Of a stretch of DNA of 64,000 bases, positions 13,531-26,869 are shown one piece after another. Origin of the DNA: Eledone cirrhosa. Lineage: Eukaryota. Positions within the stretch are counted from its first letter, which is position 1; each line of letters begins with the position of its first letter. The notes under the pieces were generated by a model. It searched no databases and was not told the DNA's origin. It saw only the letters and a program-made list of their open reading frames with translations. Made by a program: the position numbers and the translations under genes. The DNA is taken from positions 368,528,001 through 368,592,000 of the forward strand of contig OZ024740.1 of NCBI GenBank assembly GCA_964016885.1, written 5' to 3'.

Positions 13531-16229
13531 TTTGATGTTCTTTGTGGCTTTAAATGCATAATCGAAATTATTTTCAAATTATATTTCCAATTCTCCCACA
13601 AACTTCCTACGTTCATTTGTAATTGAATGTAACATCTTCTTTTGTGCACATATTTTATGTGCACATATTTCCAGTTATCTGTGACATTAAGGTACTGTTC
13701 TATTGGAGTCCAAGGGTTGACAACCCGGTTGTGCGTGTGTGTGTATGTGTGTGTTTGTGTGTGTGTATGTATTTTTAACGTCCGAAAGAAAAAGTACTCA
13801 ATAGCGAACAGGAAATGTACATTGCATGAAACATATCTCACCTTTGGATTATTCTTATTGTTTTGTTTACCATATATCAATAGGTCGCTAGTAGAATTAA
13901 CAATTGTATGAATCATAAAACAACACTTTCTATAGAAACATAAAACCAGCCTTGTCAATAGATGTCGCTTTCGATCATTACCAAATTAATTTTGGCTTAA
14001 ATATGACAGTGTTAAATATGTATCATTGAAAAACATTGAATAGTTTGTAATCTCAAATAGTTATTTCTGTGCGGCCGGTGAGAAACACCATAAATAAAGT
14101 ATCTAAATGTAGAATTAAATAAATATAAGTATAAATGAAATATGCTCACGTGGATGTTGCAATTTTTCTTGTGCGATAGTTTTAAGTTATTATTATGTGT
14201 ATAAACTTATAAATTATATGTAAAAATGTCATCGGCGTTTATGACATCTAAATGGTTTGGCAAGAGATTTCAGTAATAACAACTTTTCTGATACGAAAAT
14301 AAATGTTAATTATATAGTGTGCATGCTTTTATAATCTCACTACATGAACACAATCTCGATTAACATTCAATATATTTGATTAGGTACTGGGCAAATCTCC
14401 TGAAGAAATATGAGAGATTACATTTATCTGTAAATCTATATTACCTGTTATAGCACTTAAATCATTCTATGTCAGAGTACATAATGAATGATTGCAAATT
14501 ATTGTAAAGGTGCACCAAGGCACAGCAAATTACAAAAATGTTCGTCTGTATACCTGGGAAAAGGTACACTAGCTTAGATGTCTTCTGTTTATATGTTTAT
14601 ACGATTTTCAATCTCCACATGGATATATATATATATATATATATATAATTTCTAAGCATGTGACTATTATTTTTTTTTCTCATGGAATCGTAAAGCACTT
14701 GTAACTTTATTGATAAACATATGAATCGATTTATTAAAAATGTCTTACTAAATTACTAAAGAGGTGAGTCCTCATAGTATTTGAACTTTTTTTAAATTTC
14801 ACACTCGCAGGTGTTTTTATTTTTATAAAATGGAGATGATACGCCCCTCTTCTCAAAATCAAAGCAGCCAAGGTTTCACCTCACGTGACAGCGATTTGCA
14901 TTCCAATACTGAGTTCGACAATTATGTCAGCACACCTATTAAAACAGCCACTATCACCATTTCCAATATAGACAGTAAAACTACCACTGCCGGCAGCACC
15001 ATTAGGGTAAAAGTCTCGCGAACCTGCTAGGAAATGTCAAATTATCTGAGAAATACAGACTGGATTTCCGCATGTGTCAATGTAGACATGGAAAGATCGG
15101 ATCACGTCATCCAGATCGTATCTAGATAGGTTATTTGTTGGGAAGTAGATAAGACTAGCATAAACTGTCCAAAGATCAAAATAATCGACTACGCAGACCA
15201 CAATTTTAATCATTTGTAGTTGTTATAGACATTACCGGCTCGCAAATCCTGCAGAGACGGGAGTATTTAGCTAGTTAAGAGGGCGCTAACTGAGGCAATA
15301 GTCAACAAGAAATGGTGGTTAATCATGAACAGTGTGATTAGGGAAAGATTGATATTACTTATAATGCTGTAACAAGAGAACCAGTACAGAAGAGACAATT
15401 AGCAAAAGCATCGCAGCCGACGTGCTTGCGGCGTGTGCGGCCTTGGAACAAGTATGCAATCCTAAGCACGAATGTTGTGTTGTCAGAACTATGAGGCGTG
15501 CACATCGACACAAGATGATAACATCCTAGTAATAGACATTATTCGCCTTCACCATTCTCAACCTGGCTCACTTCGGCACCGACAAATTTACACCTCCACG
15601 AAGAGACGAGCCACCGGAGACCTCTCTTCCCTCAGTATATGGCAATGTCCCTCAGCAGTGCATCAACAGCAACTGTCGTACGAACAACACCAGCTGCAGT
15701 GGCTGTACAACCATAAACAACAACAGCCTCAGAGAAAACCCCACAGTGGATCCGTAAAGAAATATCTTCCTCACCTTCACTCTTTCCACCTGCTCTGATC
15801 ACAAACACACAAAGCCACACATATACTTTCATGCTACCATTATCACATACATGCACCAACTATTCTCCCATTGAATAAGAAGAGGAAACAAAGAAACGAA
15901 AACATATTTTACAAAGCTCTCACATAAAAGGTCATGCAACACAGCCGCGCAGCAAACACAAACAGACACCAAAACAAAAACACACCTAAAACAATACCAA
16001 CTCAACTAGCAACAGAACCCCTATGGATACTATCATTAACCCTAAAACAAACACAACCAAAAGAAAACACACGTACACTCAACAGCAACATCAAACAATA
16101 CCACGTACAGAAATTTCCGTACGCATAAGGAGGTCCTCAGAACACGAAGTAAAGAGATTGTGAAAGAGGGGGGGGATTTTCATCATAACATCTACCATCT
16201 GTAATGGTTGTATGAATGTCACTGCATGC

Positions 16230-17400
16230 CTAAAGAGGCACTAGGTCATACCATTTATAATGACACACAACCCATGTAACCAGAATATCTTCAACACTGC
16301 CAAAGCAAACCTACCGATCATTGCTCAAAGTAATGAATTAAAAGACTTAATCACAGACCGAAATTTGACTCTTAGTAAAAGACAGCCGAAACATGTGAAG
16401 CAATTACTAACAAAAGCAAAGTTTGATCTTAACAACAAAGTCCAATCATTCACTGTATCTAAATGCAATGATAGTCGATGTGGCACACGTCAGTTCATAC
16501 ATACTGGTCAATATATGAACACAAAAACTGGAAAAATATTCACAAATGCAAATATGAACTGCAAAAGCAGAAATCTAATTTACTGCATTAAATGTCCGAA
16601 TTGTGAAGAACTATATGTCGGTCAAACTGGAAATGCACTATCGGAACGTGCACGAGTGCACTGACAGCAAATATGAGATACTCAGATACTCCTGAGTAAC
16701 CATCTAGCAACACGTGGTCAGAAAGTATATATAGTTCCATTCTACAAATTACACAGCCCAAGTGAAATCAAGAGAAAAATCAAAGAAAATAATTGTATTG
16801 ATAAATTCCAACCCAAGCTAAATAAACAATAATAATGGGATATTACTCATACTGTGACTATGACTATGACCATATCGACTCCCACCACTAACAACAACAA
16901 CAACAACAATAATAATAATATTAAAAGTGATGTTGGTGATGATTACTAGAAAATGCTATTTTCATCATTTCTAAAAATAGCAAAACAATTGATGCTTTGG
17001 ATAGGGTCAAATAAAAGTCGTTAGACATGCTCAACCAACCGTGACGCCTAAACCAATCGGCTTTAGTAATCCATTGAAATTACACACCGATTGGTCGAAA
17101 TACAGTTTGCAAAATTTAGCATTCGGTAGCCGGTTTTCACTGAATATAAGGCACACAATTTACCCATCTCATTACAGTTGAAAATTGCAAACTTGACTGT
17201 CACCACATAATATGAATCTGAAGATTGCGAAAGAATGAAAGTAATTGTTCAATTAATACTTAACATTTAATATTCTACCATACTATTTCATTCTAATACC
17301 ATTATAAATGTTAAAGGATTGTAAATATAAGGAGTAAATCAGACAAAGTTGGAATTTCTTTTATTAATATAATCGTCTATACACAATCATACACACCCGT
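16230..17400 (+). mobile_element. Neptune-like Penelope element 3' remnant (Zn-finger linker + GIY-YIG endonuclease + 3' UTR), ending at (TA)n
   Basis: ORF 16260-16664: SKRQPKHVKQLLTKAKF, KCNDSRCGT, NCKSRNLIYCIKCPNCEELYVGQTG..LSERARVH; decayed sequence from ~15450 may belong to it. Confidence 0.8.
17212..17262 (+). ncRNA. Degenerate type I hammerhead ribozyme motif in the Neptune 3' UTR
   Basis: CTGAAGA(17218)-TTGCGAAAGAAT-GAAA-GTAATTG tt CAATTA; stems I and II damaged. Confidence 0.4.
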
Positions 17401-17403
17401 GTA

Positions 17404-17443
<40 letters not shown>

Positions 17444-17885
17444 CTTTAGATTAAGAAGAAAGCCAGAAAGTGGGAGGGAATTATCTACTGGGGGTCTCGG
17501 GTATTTCAACGCTTTAAAGCAATATATCTACTCCCAGAGCGTTCAATAACTAGGTAAATTATTCGGAAAACAGAGAAGAGAGGGAAGTAAAATAGAAAGG
17601 AAAAGGGAAAAAAGTGAAGAAAAGAGTAAAACAGCGAAAAACACAGGAAATGTGCGAGCAACTTCGAGAAAGAAAATCCAAGATCACAAAGGTGCGGAAC
17701 GTAAGTTCTAAAACGTGTGGACGAAAGAAAAAACCTGTCTCACCCCAGCGAGTGTAAGTGAGAAAGTATATAATATATACAAAACATTATAAAATCGATC
17801 GTTTGCTTTTGTTTTTCATTTATAATTGATGTGATAACGAATGTGGGGCTATAATGTTATTTCTGCATTCGGTAATAAATGACAC

Positions 17886-17950
17886 CCACCACACACACAT
17901 GCACACATACACACACACATACATACACACGCACGCACACACACACACAC

Positions 17951-17992
<42 letters not shown>

Positions 17993-18012
17993 GCACACAC
18001 ACACACACACAC
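17886..18012. repeat. (CA)n compound microsatellite
   Basis: Direct sequence; source of the spurious HT/CV-repeat ORFs. Confidence 0.95.
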
Positions 18013-18160
18013 ATGTGTGTGTCCACATTCTATGTGCTCGGCTGTAATACAGATGAAATGAAGCGTTCGACGAAATATATAAATGGTTCAAACTGCAGCC
18101 TTATACCACAGTATTATATACATTGACGGACATATGTATCCGAGTTTAATTTCAGCACGA

Positions 18161-18236
18161 TTATACATATGTTTTGCATAGGTCGAAGCCTGGGTGAAAC
18201 CCGTATCAATTCCATCGACCTGAGCTCGTCAGAAGG
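18161..18236 (-). ncRNA. Degenerate hammerhead motif
   Basis: Minus strand: CTGACGA-GC TCAGGTCGA...TCGACCT ATGC-AAAA (GAAA with G>A at a CpG)-CATATG-TA; stem I poor. Confidence 0.4.
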
Positions 18237-19093
18237 TATAACAATATTTAAACAATTTTACACAACTTAACATTTAAAAAAAAATTATTTAAACAATTCA
18301 TTTTATGATACGTGGGACCGGTAGTATCTGTTGTTGTTCTATGTGAGCCGGCGCCTGTATAAACCCTAGCGCTGGGGTGGATGTGTGTGTCTATCACCAG
18401 TCTCACCTCACTTATGCTGAATGCCAAAAGTACCAAATCATAGTTATAGGAACAATTTCCACAAGTAGCATGCTTCCTTCTTCTCTCCACCATTCAGTGC
18501 TTGTTATAGTATTAGTGACAGATATTTCACCTCTCACCCCACTAGTGTTCTCGTTGGCAACGCCATAAAATCTGTATGGTTCTCTGATAATAGCAAACCT
18601 ATATACATTCATACACAGAAAACGAGACAAAACATTTAAAATAATTTTAAATACTTAAAATTAGGCTTAGTGATTTAATGTGTGCTGAAATCATATTTAC
18701 GTATGTAGCAAGAAGTGAGATTGAATACAAATAGGGCAAATATATCTACAATTATTTCTGCAAGTCATTTAAATTAAAAGACAAATTTATCTCAAATTTC
18801 TACGTATTTTCTAAAAGTAGTAAAATCTGAGAATATATAACGAACATAATCGAAAGGAACTACGTATATAAATGTCAGGCATTGTCACTTTAAATATTCA
18901 TATATCTACATATAATTTGTAGCCTCAAGCAAATAGTTGTTAATAAAGACGTCATTAATATGAAATATGGATTACAAAAGACATACATGAAAACAAAATT
19001 CCAACACAGATTATTCTGAGGATGTTTACAGGAATATAAATCATCTCTCTCTCTTGCTGCATATATATATATGTATATTTGTGTATGTGTGTG

Positions 19094-19176
<83 letters not shown>

Positions 19177-19225
19177 ATGTGTGTGTGTGTTTTCGTGTCT
19201 GTGTGTCTGTGTATATCTGTGTGTG

Positions 19226-19273
<48 letters not shown>

Positions 19274-19274
19274 T

Positions 19275-19486
19275 AGGTTATATTTAATTTGTTGGGATTC
19301 AACAAGATTAAACATTTTTATATGACTATCCAGGGAACTTCAACCGTTAAGGTTGTCTTTTTTCGGGGTATGTCAATATTTATTTGTAAAAAAAATGTGT
19401 ATTTTATCTGATGCCTTAGTTGCCCTTGAAATATATATAATAAAATAATTATGGTTTTATAAATATAGTTTCCATTTATTAATATA
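19275..19486. mobile_element. Collapsed non-coding derivative of the 54600-58365 PLE family, between (TA)n runs
   Basis: Left end resembles 54601-54650 (gttatatttaa.ttgttggg); right end resembles 58301-58360 (gaaatatatataat..aata..tatggttttataaatatagtttccatttatt); truncated CTGATG core at 19408. Confidence 0.7.
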
Positions 19487-19533
19487 TTGTATATATATAT
19501 ATATTACATATATATATATATATATATATATAT

Positions 19534-19617
<84 letters not shown>

Positions 19618-19692
19618 AAAAAAACCCTCACTTTCTAATATATATATATATATATATATGCATCAGGAAAGTATATACTTTCAAACGTTCAT

Positions 19693-19735
19693 ACGGTGCT
19701 GATGATAGCTAATAAGCTAGAAACTAGTTCATCGT
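19693..19735 (+). ncRNA. Minimal type I hammerhead ribozyme, canonical core
   Basis: ACGGTG-CTGATGA-TAGCT aata AGCTA-GAAA-CTAG-TT-CATCGT: 6-bp stem I, 5-bp stem II, palindromic stem III, GUU cleavage triplet. Confidence 0.85.
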
Positions 19736-19856
19736 TCCGTTGTTGGTGTTAAACAAATAGGTCAGCGATGGTTGTCGAACACTGTACGGCTAATAATTCG
19801 GGCTGTTTGTTTACAAACAAACCGAGCATTATAATAAGTGTTCGGTAAACCCATAA

Positions 19857-19921
<65 letters not shown>

Positions 19922-20068
19922 CATGTATGTATGTATATGTGCATGTATGTATATATAAATGTACGGCTGTATACATATATGTATGTACGTATACATACAT
20001 ACATTTAAGTATCAGCCATACTAAAAGTGAGAAATGATATTTCATCTTTTCCATATATATGTATATAT

Positions 20069-20125
<57 letters not shown>

Positions 20126-20340
20126 CGTGTGTGTGTGTGTATATATGTATGTATATGCATGTGAGTGCCTATGTGCGAGCATGTGTGTATTCGATCGTAT
20201 GAATATGTTGTCTATTTAAAGTAAAATCATTAATTAGAGCATTGATTTCCTATTGGCAGTTTACAGTTATATGTAATCATTAATACATTCATTAGATTTG
20301 TCAACTGTTATGTTAACGTTTGAAATAGTAGAAAGAGGGT

Positions 20341-20374
20341 CTCAACCTTTCGGACGCTGGTCCTCCATCAGAAG
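20341..20374 (-). ncRNA. Mutated minimal hammerhead motif (PLE pLTR remnant)
   Basis: Minus strand: CTT-CTGATGGA-GGAC cagc GTCC-GAAA-GG-TT-GAG; core and stem III carry substitutions. Confidence 0.5.
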
Positions 20375-20432
20375 AAAAAATGAGAATTGAGGTAGATTGC
20401 TGGGGTGGGCAGGATGTAATTAGAAAACATGT

Positions 20433-20471
<39 letters not shown>

Positions 20472-20559
20472 TTTCAATCGATCGACTTTCGTCAAATCGG
20501 ACCGAGGAAACAATGTTTCCGTTAGTCTTTCCAGTTGCTAGTACTATCTATCAGTCGCA

Positions 20560-20688
20560 ACTCCAGGTAGAAGGAGCAACGTGAAATAAAGTGTCTTGCT
20601 CAAGGACATAACGCATCGCCCGGTCCAGGAATCGAACTCACAACCTCAAGATTGTGAATCCAATTCTCTAACCACTCAGCCACACGCA
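20560..20688 (-). mobile_element. tRNA-derived CORE-type SINE (5' part)
   Basis: Minus strand: A box TGGCTGAGTGG, B box GAGTTCGATTCC, then CORE-like tgtccttgagcaagacactt. Confidence 0.8.
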
Positions 20689-20799
20689 TACATATATATA
20701 TATGTAGAGCATCAAATGTTCCCAGGGGCAACATAGACAGAGTAGCTGAGACAAAATCTTGAAAGGTTCGAAATTTGCCCATTCGTATGAGTTAATGTG

Positions 20800-21230
20800 T
20801 TGCCATATCAGTCGCTTAGTTTATTAGTTGGTTGAAGATGATACTTAAGCATTTTAGAACATAGACTAGAAATTATATTTGCTTATATTTGACTATTATG
20901 TCTTTGGATTTTTGTCCATATAGGTTTCCTTCCTATTTTTATTAGTCTGATCAATATCGTATATTTTCGTTGTTTTTCTTAGTTGTATCTGTGGTCCCGA
21001 TCGCTCCATAATCATTTTGAGATTCATCTTCTTTATAATATTAGTGGGAATTGGTTCATCCAACTTTCGTAGATCACTGCTTTGCTATCATTTTCTGTCA
21101 TGTTTCAGAATAGGAATTTCCCTAAGTTAAGGTTTTAGTCCACATATAGCCCTCTTGCCTTTGTTCTAATCTCTAAGGATGAGTATGCGTCATCATCTCC
21201 CGAACTAATAAACTAAGCCACTTATTATAT
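20800..21230. mobile_element. Old MITE-like element with diverged terminal inverted repeats
   Basis: gcttagtttattagtt (~20814) is the reverse complement of aactaataaactaagc (~21203); weaker inverted similarity extends inward. Confidence 0.55.
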
Positions 21231-21756
21231 CATACTATTTACACTTGTTACAAAAATCATACACGGTCTTTCCACGCATTCTTTGTATTTGTATACATAA
21301 TTCCGACTTCTGTGTTGCATCATCGATCCTAATTGATTTTTACTATACAGCTTAATTTGTTATTCGCTACTCTCATGATATTACGTCCCTTGCAATTCTG
21401 CTTCATTATGGTTTTATTCTTATTTTTCTCATAACCCCTATAACTATATCCGTCGTCACACTTACTATTTCAATAGCGTTACCTCGTCTTATCTTTACTC
21501 TTTTCATACTCATATGTATATATGTTATATATATGTTATTGTCCAAATATAAACATGCATAGGTTGGTAGCTACTGAGAGCGGCTGTTTCATTATTACCC
21601 CTCATGTGACCACTGTTGTGAATAAATGGTATAGAGTTCAAGTTACCAAGTTACCATTTCCCAAACAAATATAAAGCGTTTGCCATGTGACACTTGAATT
21701 ATAGACCCACAGACATGTTTTATACATACGTTTATGTTCCGTCTCCTTTATATATA

Positions 21757-22866
21757 CTAGCAGAAAAACCACCATTCGCGTGGTTTTTTCCTAGCATGTG
21801 TAGTGTGTATATTGATAGTATACGCATGTAGATATGATACATCAAATAGAATCGTAATTGACAATATATAATACATAGAAATTGAACGAAGTCTGCATTA
21901 CATTCTCTTATTTAATGAGTAACGTAATCCATGATACATTAAAAAAGACGATATTATATATAAACTGCATTAAGAGAAAATTAGTGACAGAAAATTAGTA
22001 TGTTTATTTAAGCGATGGCCAACCGGAAGTGTTGACATTTCCGAAATTTTTAAGAAGTCCCACGCTCTTTACTTTATTATAGTTTAGATGAGTTTAAAAA
22101 AAAAGAGTTAATAAATAAATAGAGATAATAAATAAATAAAACGTTACACTTGTTTTACCCTCCCATTTCCAATTAAACCAAATGCTATCATGACTGTATG
22201 TGTGTGTTTGTGTAAATGTATATGTATGAATGTATGTATGTTTGTGTAATGTATATGTTTGAATGTATGTATGAATGTATGTTTGTATGAAAGTATGTGT
22301 GAATCTATGTATATTTGTGTGAAAGTATACCCTCCCATCTCCAATTAAACCGAACTCTATCATCACTGTATGTGTATGTTTGTGTAAATGTATATGTGTG
22401 AATCTATGTATGTTTGTGTGAAAGTATGTGTGAATGTATGTATATTTGTGTGAAAGTTTGTGTATTTGTGTGAATTATGTCTGTGAGAGTGTATTTTTAT
22501 AAGTTTCTGTTTGCGCGATTATAGTTATATACTCATACATATAGATGTATGTATGTGCACAATCATACGCGTTAGGTGTAAAAAATAATAATCTCTCTAT
22601 CTCTCTCATCACAAACTCTCTCTTTCTATATATATGGTAGTTGAAATGGGGGTGGTGGCGAAGATATACCGGAAGTGCAACTTTGAAAAGAAGTCAATTT
22701 CAAATTATTTATTTTAACGAAATTATTTTTGTTTACGAAATTTAGTAGATAAATTATGTAATATTCATTGATTATTTATTCAAAGTAATCCAACTTTTTT
22801 ACAAATGGGATAAAAACTAAAAAAAACGTACGCAATCCCGTAGACCTTCCTTTATTATAGTTTAGA
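21757..22866 (-). mobile_element. Non-autonomous Helitron with two 5' termini
   Basis: Minus strand starts a|TCTAAACTATAATAAAG (22866; repeated at 22088) and ends with hairpin aaaaaccac/gtggttttt followed by CTAG|t (21757); internal (TGTA)n repeats. Confidence 0.75.
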
Positions 22867-25699
22867 TGAACTGGTTAAAATTTGAAGTGCGCAAACTATT
22901 TACATTGGATTATTGATATGAACCAGTTTATTGATATTATTTCATCCTGTCAGTAACATACTGTGTCGTGGAGAATCCCATGCAATTATTCATGTGAAAT
23001 GATATTTAAATATCCTTTATTTCTGCTATCCTGCTATTATAATCGTATGAATATTGCATGAGGGAACAATATGTTCATGCCTGAATCACATTTATAAAAG
23101 ATATATGCAAAACTAAGCACAGATGCATACAAATACGTACAGAAGATAAAAGAAGGAATCTTTCATTATAGTAAATGTTCTAAAGCAAAAACAGCGCAAT
23201 GAAATGTAATGGTATATTAACATGTATAAAATCACATGTCGCATCTCTAACTTTCACGATCCTTATTCCTTATAGAAAATGGTAGTGGAACCATATATCC
23301 TTATACATATGTGTAATAACTTATCACTGGATATGGGATATACATAAATATATTACCAACGAAATTAATATACAAACTTTTATTGGTCTAAATCCGCTAA
23401 CGTGATCATCCTGATCTAGATGTTTAGGCAAATAGCTGACCGTTTTGAATAGTTAATCTTAAGTCCTTTCTGAATTCAAACATATTTGATCGCAGAATGA
23501 TTATTGTTAATGGCATCACCAAAACAATTTATAGCAATATTTTCTAAATGCAATATCCACAATAATTATTATCGTTAATTACATATTTAACATATATTTA
23601 TATCTTCCCAATTAATTTTATATATTCAAAAGAGAATGATGAATTAACGGTAAATATAGCGATTTTTTATTAAATGGAACATAGTGGTAATTTACACGTC
23701 CAAGTTTGGCACACATTGTCACTCTAATTTGGTTGTCGAATTAGCTTGAGAGTACATGTCTCTAGAACAGTGAACTATACCTAACGGGTTAGATTTTATA
23801 TGTTCGAAGAACTGGCTGCTCAACTATTATAAATACCATGCTACCATATAACACCAACATTTGCTGCTAATAACAGAATCAATGAAGATACAGATTTTCC
23901 TTATAAATCTACAGTCAGTTTAAAGGATAAAACAACATATACATTCTATCAATGCACTAATGGTTTTGTATATATTCAACAGAGATAATGCTGAATTCAC
24001 ACTTTCATACTTGTTTAGACTTTTTATCTTTTGCTGTGTATAAAATATTTATATTCATCCTTGAATTTATAACGAAACATTTGTTGTAGTGATAATATGT
24101 TGACGTCTTTTTACACTGCTAGTATATGCATGTAAAAAAACAGGAATTTAGTGCATTTGTTCGGCCAAAACCTGATATAAATCTTGAATACAACAATTTT
24201 GCGTTGTTTGGAACTTTAGTTATGAAAACGGATACGTTTTAGCATTTTCTCCCATTTCTACAATTCAAATTTCTTTAGCAATTTTATGTATATATTTCAA
24301 CCTGATACGATGCTAGAAACATCGCTATGGAAACCTAATTTTATATTTATTGTTCTTTTATATTCTGACTTGTCATGTTTAAGCTAAAGAATGAATGATA
24401 TATATCTTCTTTACAACAATTCTATGTTTGAAATATACTTTCCATACTATAGTTTCTGTTCTATGAGCAATTGAATTTCGACTCCTTTGTTCTTGGCTAC
24501 ATCAAGCATCATTGTATATAACACTGTTTTTACTTTCCATCTTGCCTGATATCTTTCAATTGGGTATTACAAAATCAATTCGGTTGTCAATTCCTTCTGT
24601 TTATCAATCATTGTAAACAGCTGCGTTTTTATATGACGGTCTGATCTACGAGGCAACTTCCATTCCCAATCGTTGTTTAAATACAAGGGATGATTACTTG
24701 CTGTGAGGGGATAATAATTCATCGACAAACTTTGACTAACAAATAACTTTTCTCTGATATGTTTTGGAATTTACATTTGTCTATTTCTAAAGTTAAGTAT
24801 AAAAATTACAGAGAAAATATTATTAACAGTAGAATATGTCAGCAATTCTTATTCCACAATTTCTTATTTTTCACAATGAATTTCCAGTACTATTTATTCA
24901 ATAGTCATCATGATGTGTCTGTAATAAAACTGCAGAGATAATAATGCCATCGAGATCATTAAACAACAATAACAATGTCCAGTCACATTTATATAGCGAG
25001 GAATAAACTAAATTTTAACTCCACGTTAGTAACATATTTGATGAATACTACTTTTACTTTATTTCATACACCGAATTACAGAAGTGCTAACTATTAGAAA
25101 AAGATGTTATATATTTTCACCATAGCACCTAATATATAGCGTCTATTATGCATGAGAATGGTAAATAAATGGCATGCACATTTTTAACACCAATATATTG
25201 TTAACCATTATAATTGAAAATCATAATGCTTCCAACAAAGTATGAATTATGTTGAGTATAAAACATTTAGAACGGAAATAAAATAAAATTTAGATACTCA
25301 ATCCAATGTATCTGGAGGTTTCTACACCAGTTTTATTGGTGTAATATAAACATTTCACCACTAATAGCATTTCAATTATTGTTATCATGATAATTATCTT
25401 GATCCGGAATATGTTCTCTATTATCATTGATATAATGGTAGGAATTGTTATACAAATCGTTACATCGGTGTGTTGTATTACACAGTTACTTCAAAATGAT
25501 GGTCATAATTAATTAAAATGTAGAAATGATGTTTCTATTTAACATCTTAATTTAATGCTGGTTCTATTATTGATGTTCTAATGTATAATACTAAATTGAA
25601 CTTCATTAAAGGGAAGTGCATTCGAATTCCTATCTGTAATAAATAAGCCAAATCTCCCAAATATACTCTAGTCCACCAAAAGATTCCTATATGCAGCTG

Positions 25700-26060
25700 T
25701 TCATTATGTATTCTGCAGTAAGCAATGTTCAAAACACTCCCTTGTTTTTCCATACCAAATCTATATTTCTAATGTATTTTGTGTTGTTTAAACTAACCGA
25801 ATATACTCGAATAGAAGCCGATCCGAATATATGTTGACCTCGCTATTTCATGTGTGACGAATGGGCCAAAACCCAAACTCCGTTTATAAGCCGTGTTAGT
25901 TAATAGACACAATTTTGCCATCGAGATATAATGGAAGTCAGCCTAAATTCGGATTGAATTATATTCGAGTATATAATGTAATTCTAAAGAGTGCAAAAAG
26001 ATAGATTTGCTATGGAAAATCAAAGGAGGGGTTTCAAATTAATTTACCGTGGAATATATA
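25700..26060. mobile_element. Old MITE-like inverted repeat
   Basis: ttcaaaacactcccttgtttttccataccaaatctat (~25728) vs reverse complement of atagatttgctatggaaaatcaaaggaggggtttcaa (~26001); atatactcgaata (25801) vs tattcgagtatat (~25963). Confidence 0.6.
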
Positions 26061-26790
26061 CGGTAAGCCCAATTTGATATATTAAATAGACTTATTGTTA
26101 AATATAATATTATGCATGCGGATAATTATATTTAAATGGAATACAGTATCATACATTACGTTAACAAAAATCTGTGAATAAGTGAATAGGGCACGATATG
26201 GAAAGGCAAATGACTTGCTTGGCATTGGTAATAGCAATGATTGTTTGAATTAGCATTTGAATTATCAGTGGCGAACTGTTCAACGATAAAGTGTGTATTG
26301 CTATTCCTGCTATTCGTTGTTGTACTATACTGAAATTAAGTCTTGCATATGTGCGTGCTATTTTCAGGGAAAGAATTATTCAGAGTTTATTTTCCATGGA
26401 CAAGGTATATTTTCTGGCATCGCAATATATCCTTACAAGTAATGTTATTCAGAAATACATATCAAAGGGAATGTGTTTACGCAGGCTTTCATCATCGCAA
26501 ATAACGAGTGAAACGATTTCAATTCAAAACAAAATATGACATGGTAATTGTATATATGTTTATATAAATACGTATGTGCATTCGAATAATTCGTATATAT
26601 GTTTCTAAGTTTGTATATATGTGTATATTTAATGCCTTGAAGGAACTGGAAATATGTCAGCAAGAGTAGAGATAAATTAATATTTACTCAAATACATATG
26701 TATTTCAATCCCTCCTGGACTTTCGTTCTACCCCCTCCCCCTCTCTCTCGGCTCTGTATATATATATACACATACCGAGAAATAGAGAGA

Positions 26791-26836
<46 letters not shown>

Positions 26837-26869
26837 GAGAGAGAGAAGGAGAGAGAGCGAGAGATATTT

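Noticed and set aside
13843-13930. Minus-strand segment with acceptor-like and donor-like sites (KCCFMIHTIVNSTSDLLIYGKQNNKNNPK)
   Set aside because: Peptide not recognisable; splice-like motifs arise often by chance in AT-rich DNA
17470-17560. Minus-strand aacgct/agcgtt hairpin followed by GAAA
   Set aside because: No intact CUGANGA or UUGANAA strand
18248-18630. GC-richer unique segment with overlapping ORFs, candidate host exon
   Set aside because: No frame convincingly matches GABA-B or another family I recognise; needs RNA-seq
17820-20219. ORFs rich in YI, HT and CV repeats (also near 26.7k, 37.8k, 41.6k, 47-48k, 53k, 58.4k, 59.2k, 61k)
   Set aside because: Translations of (TA)n and (CA)n microsatellites, not genes
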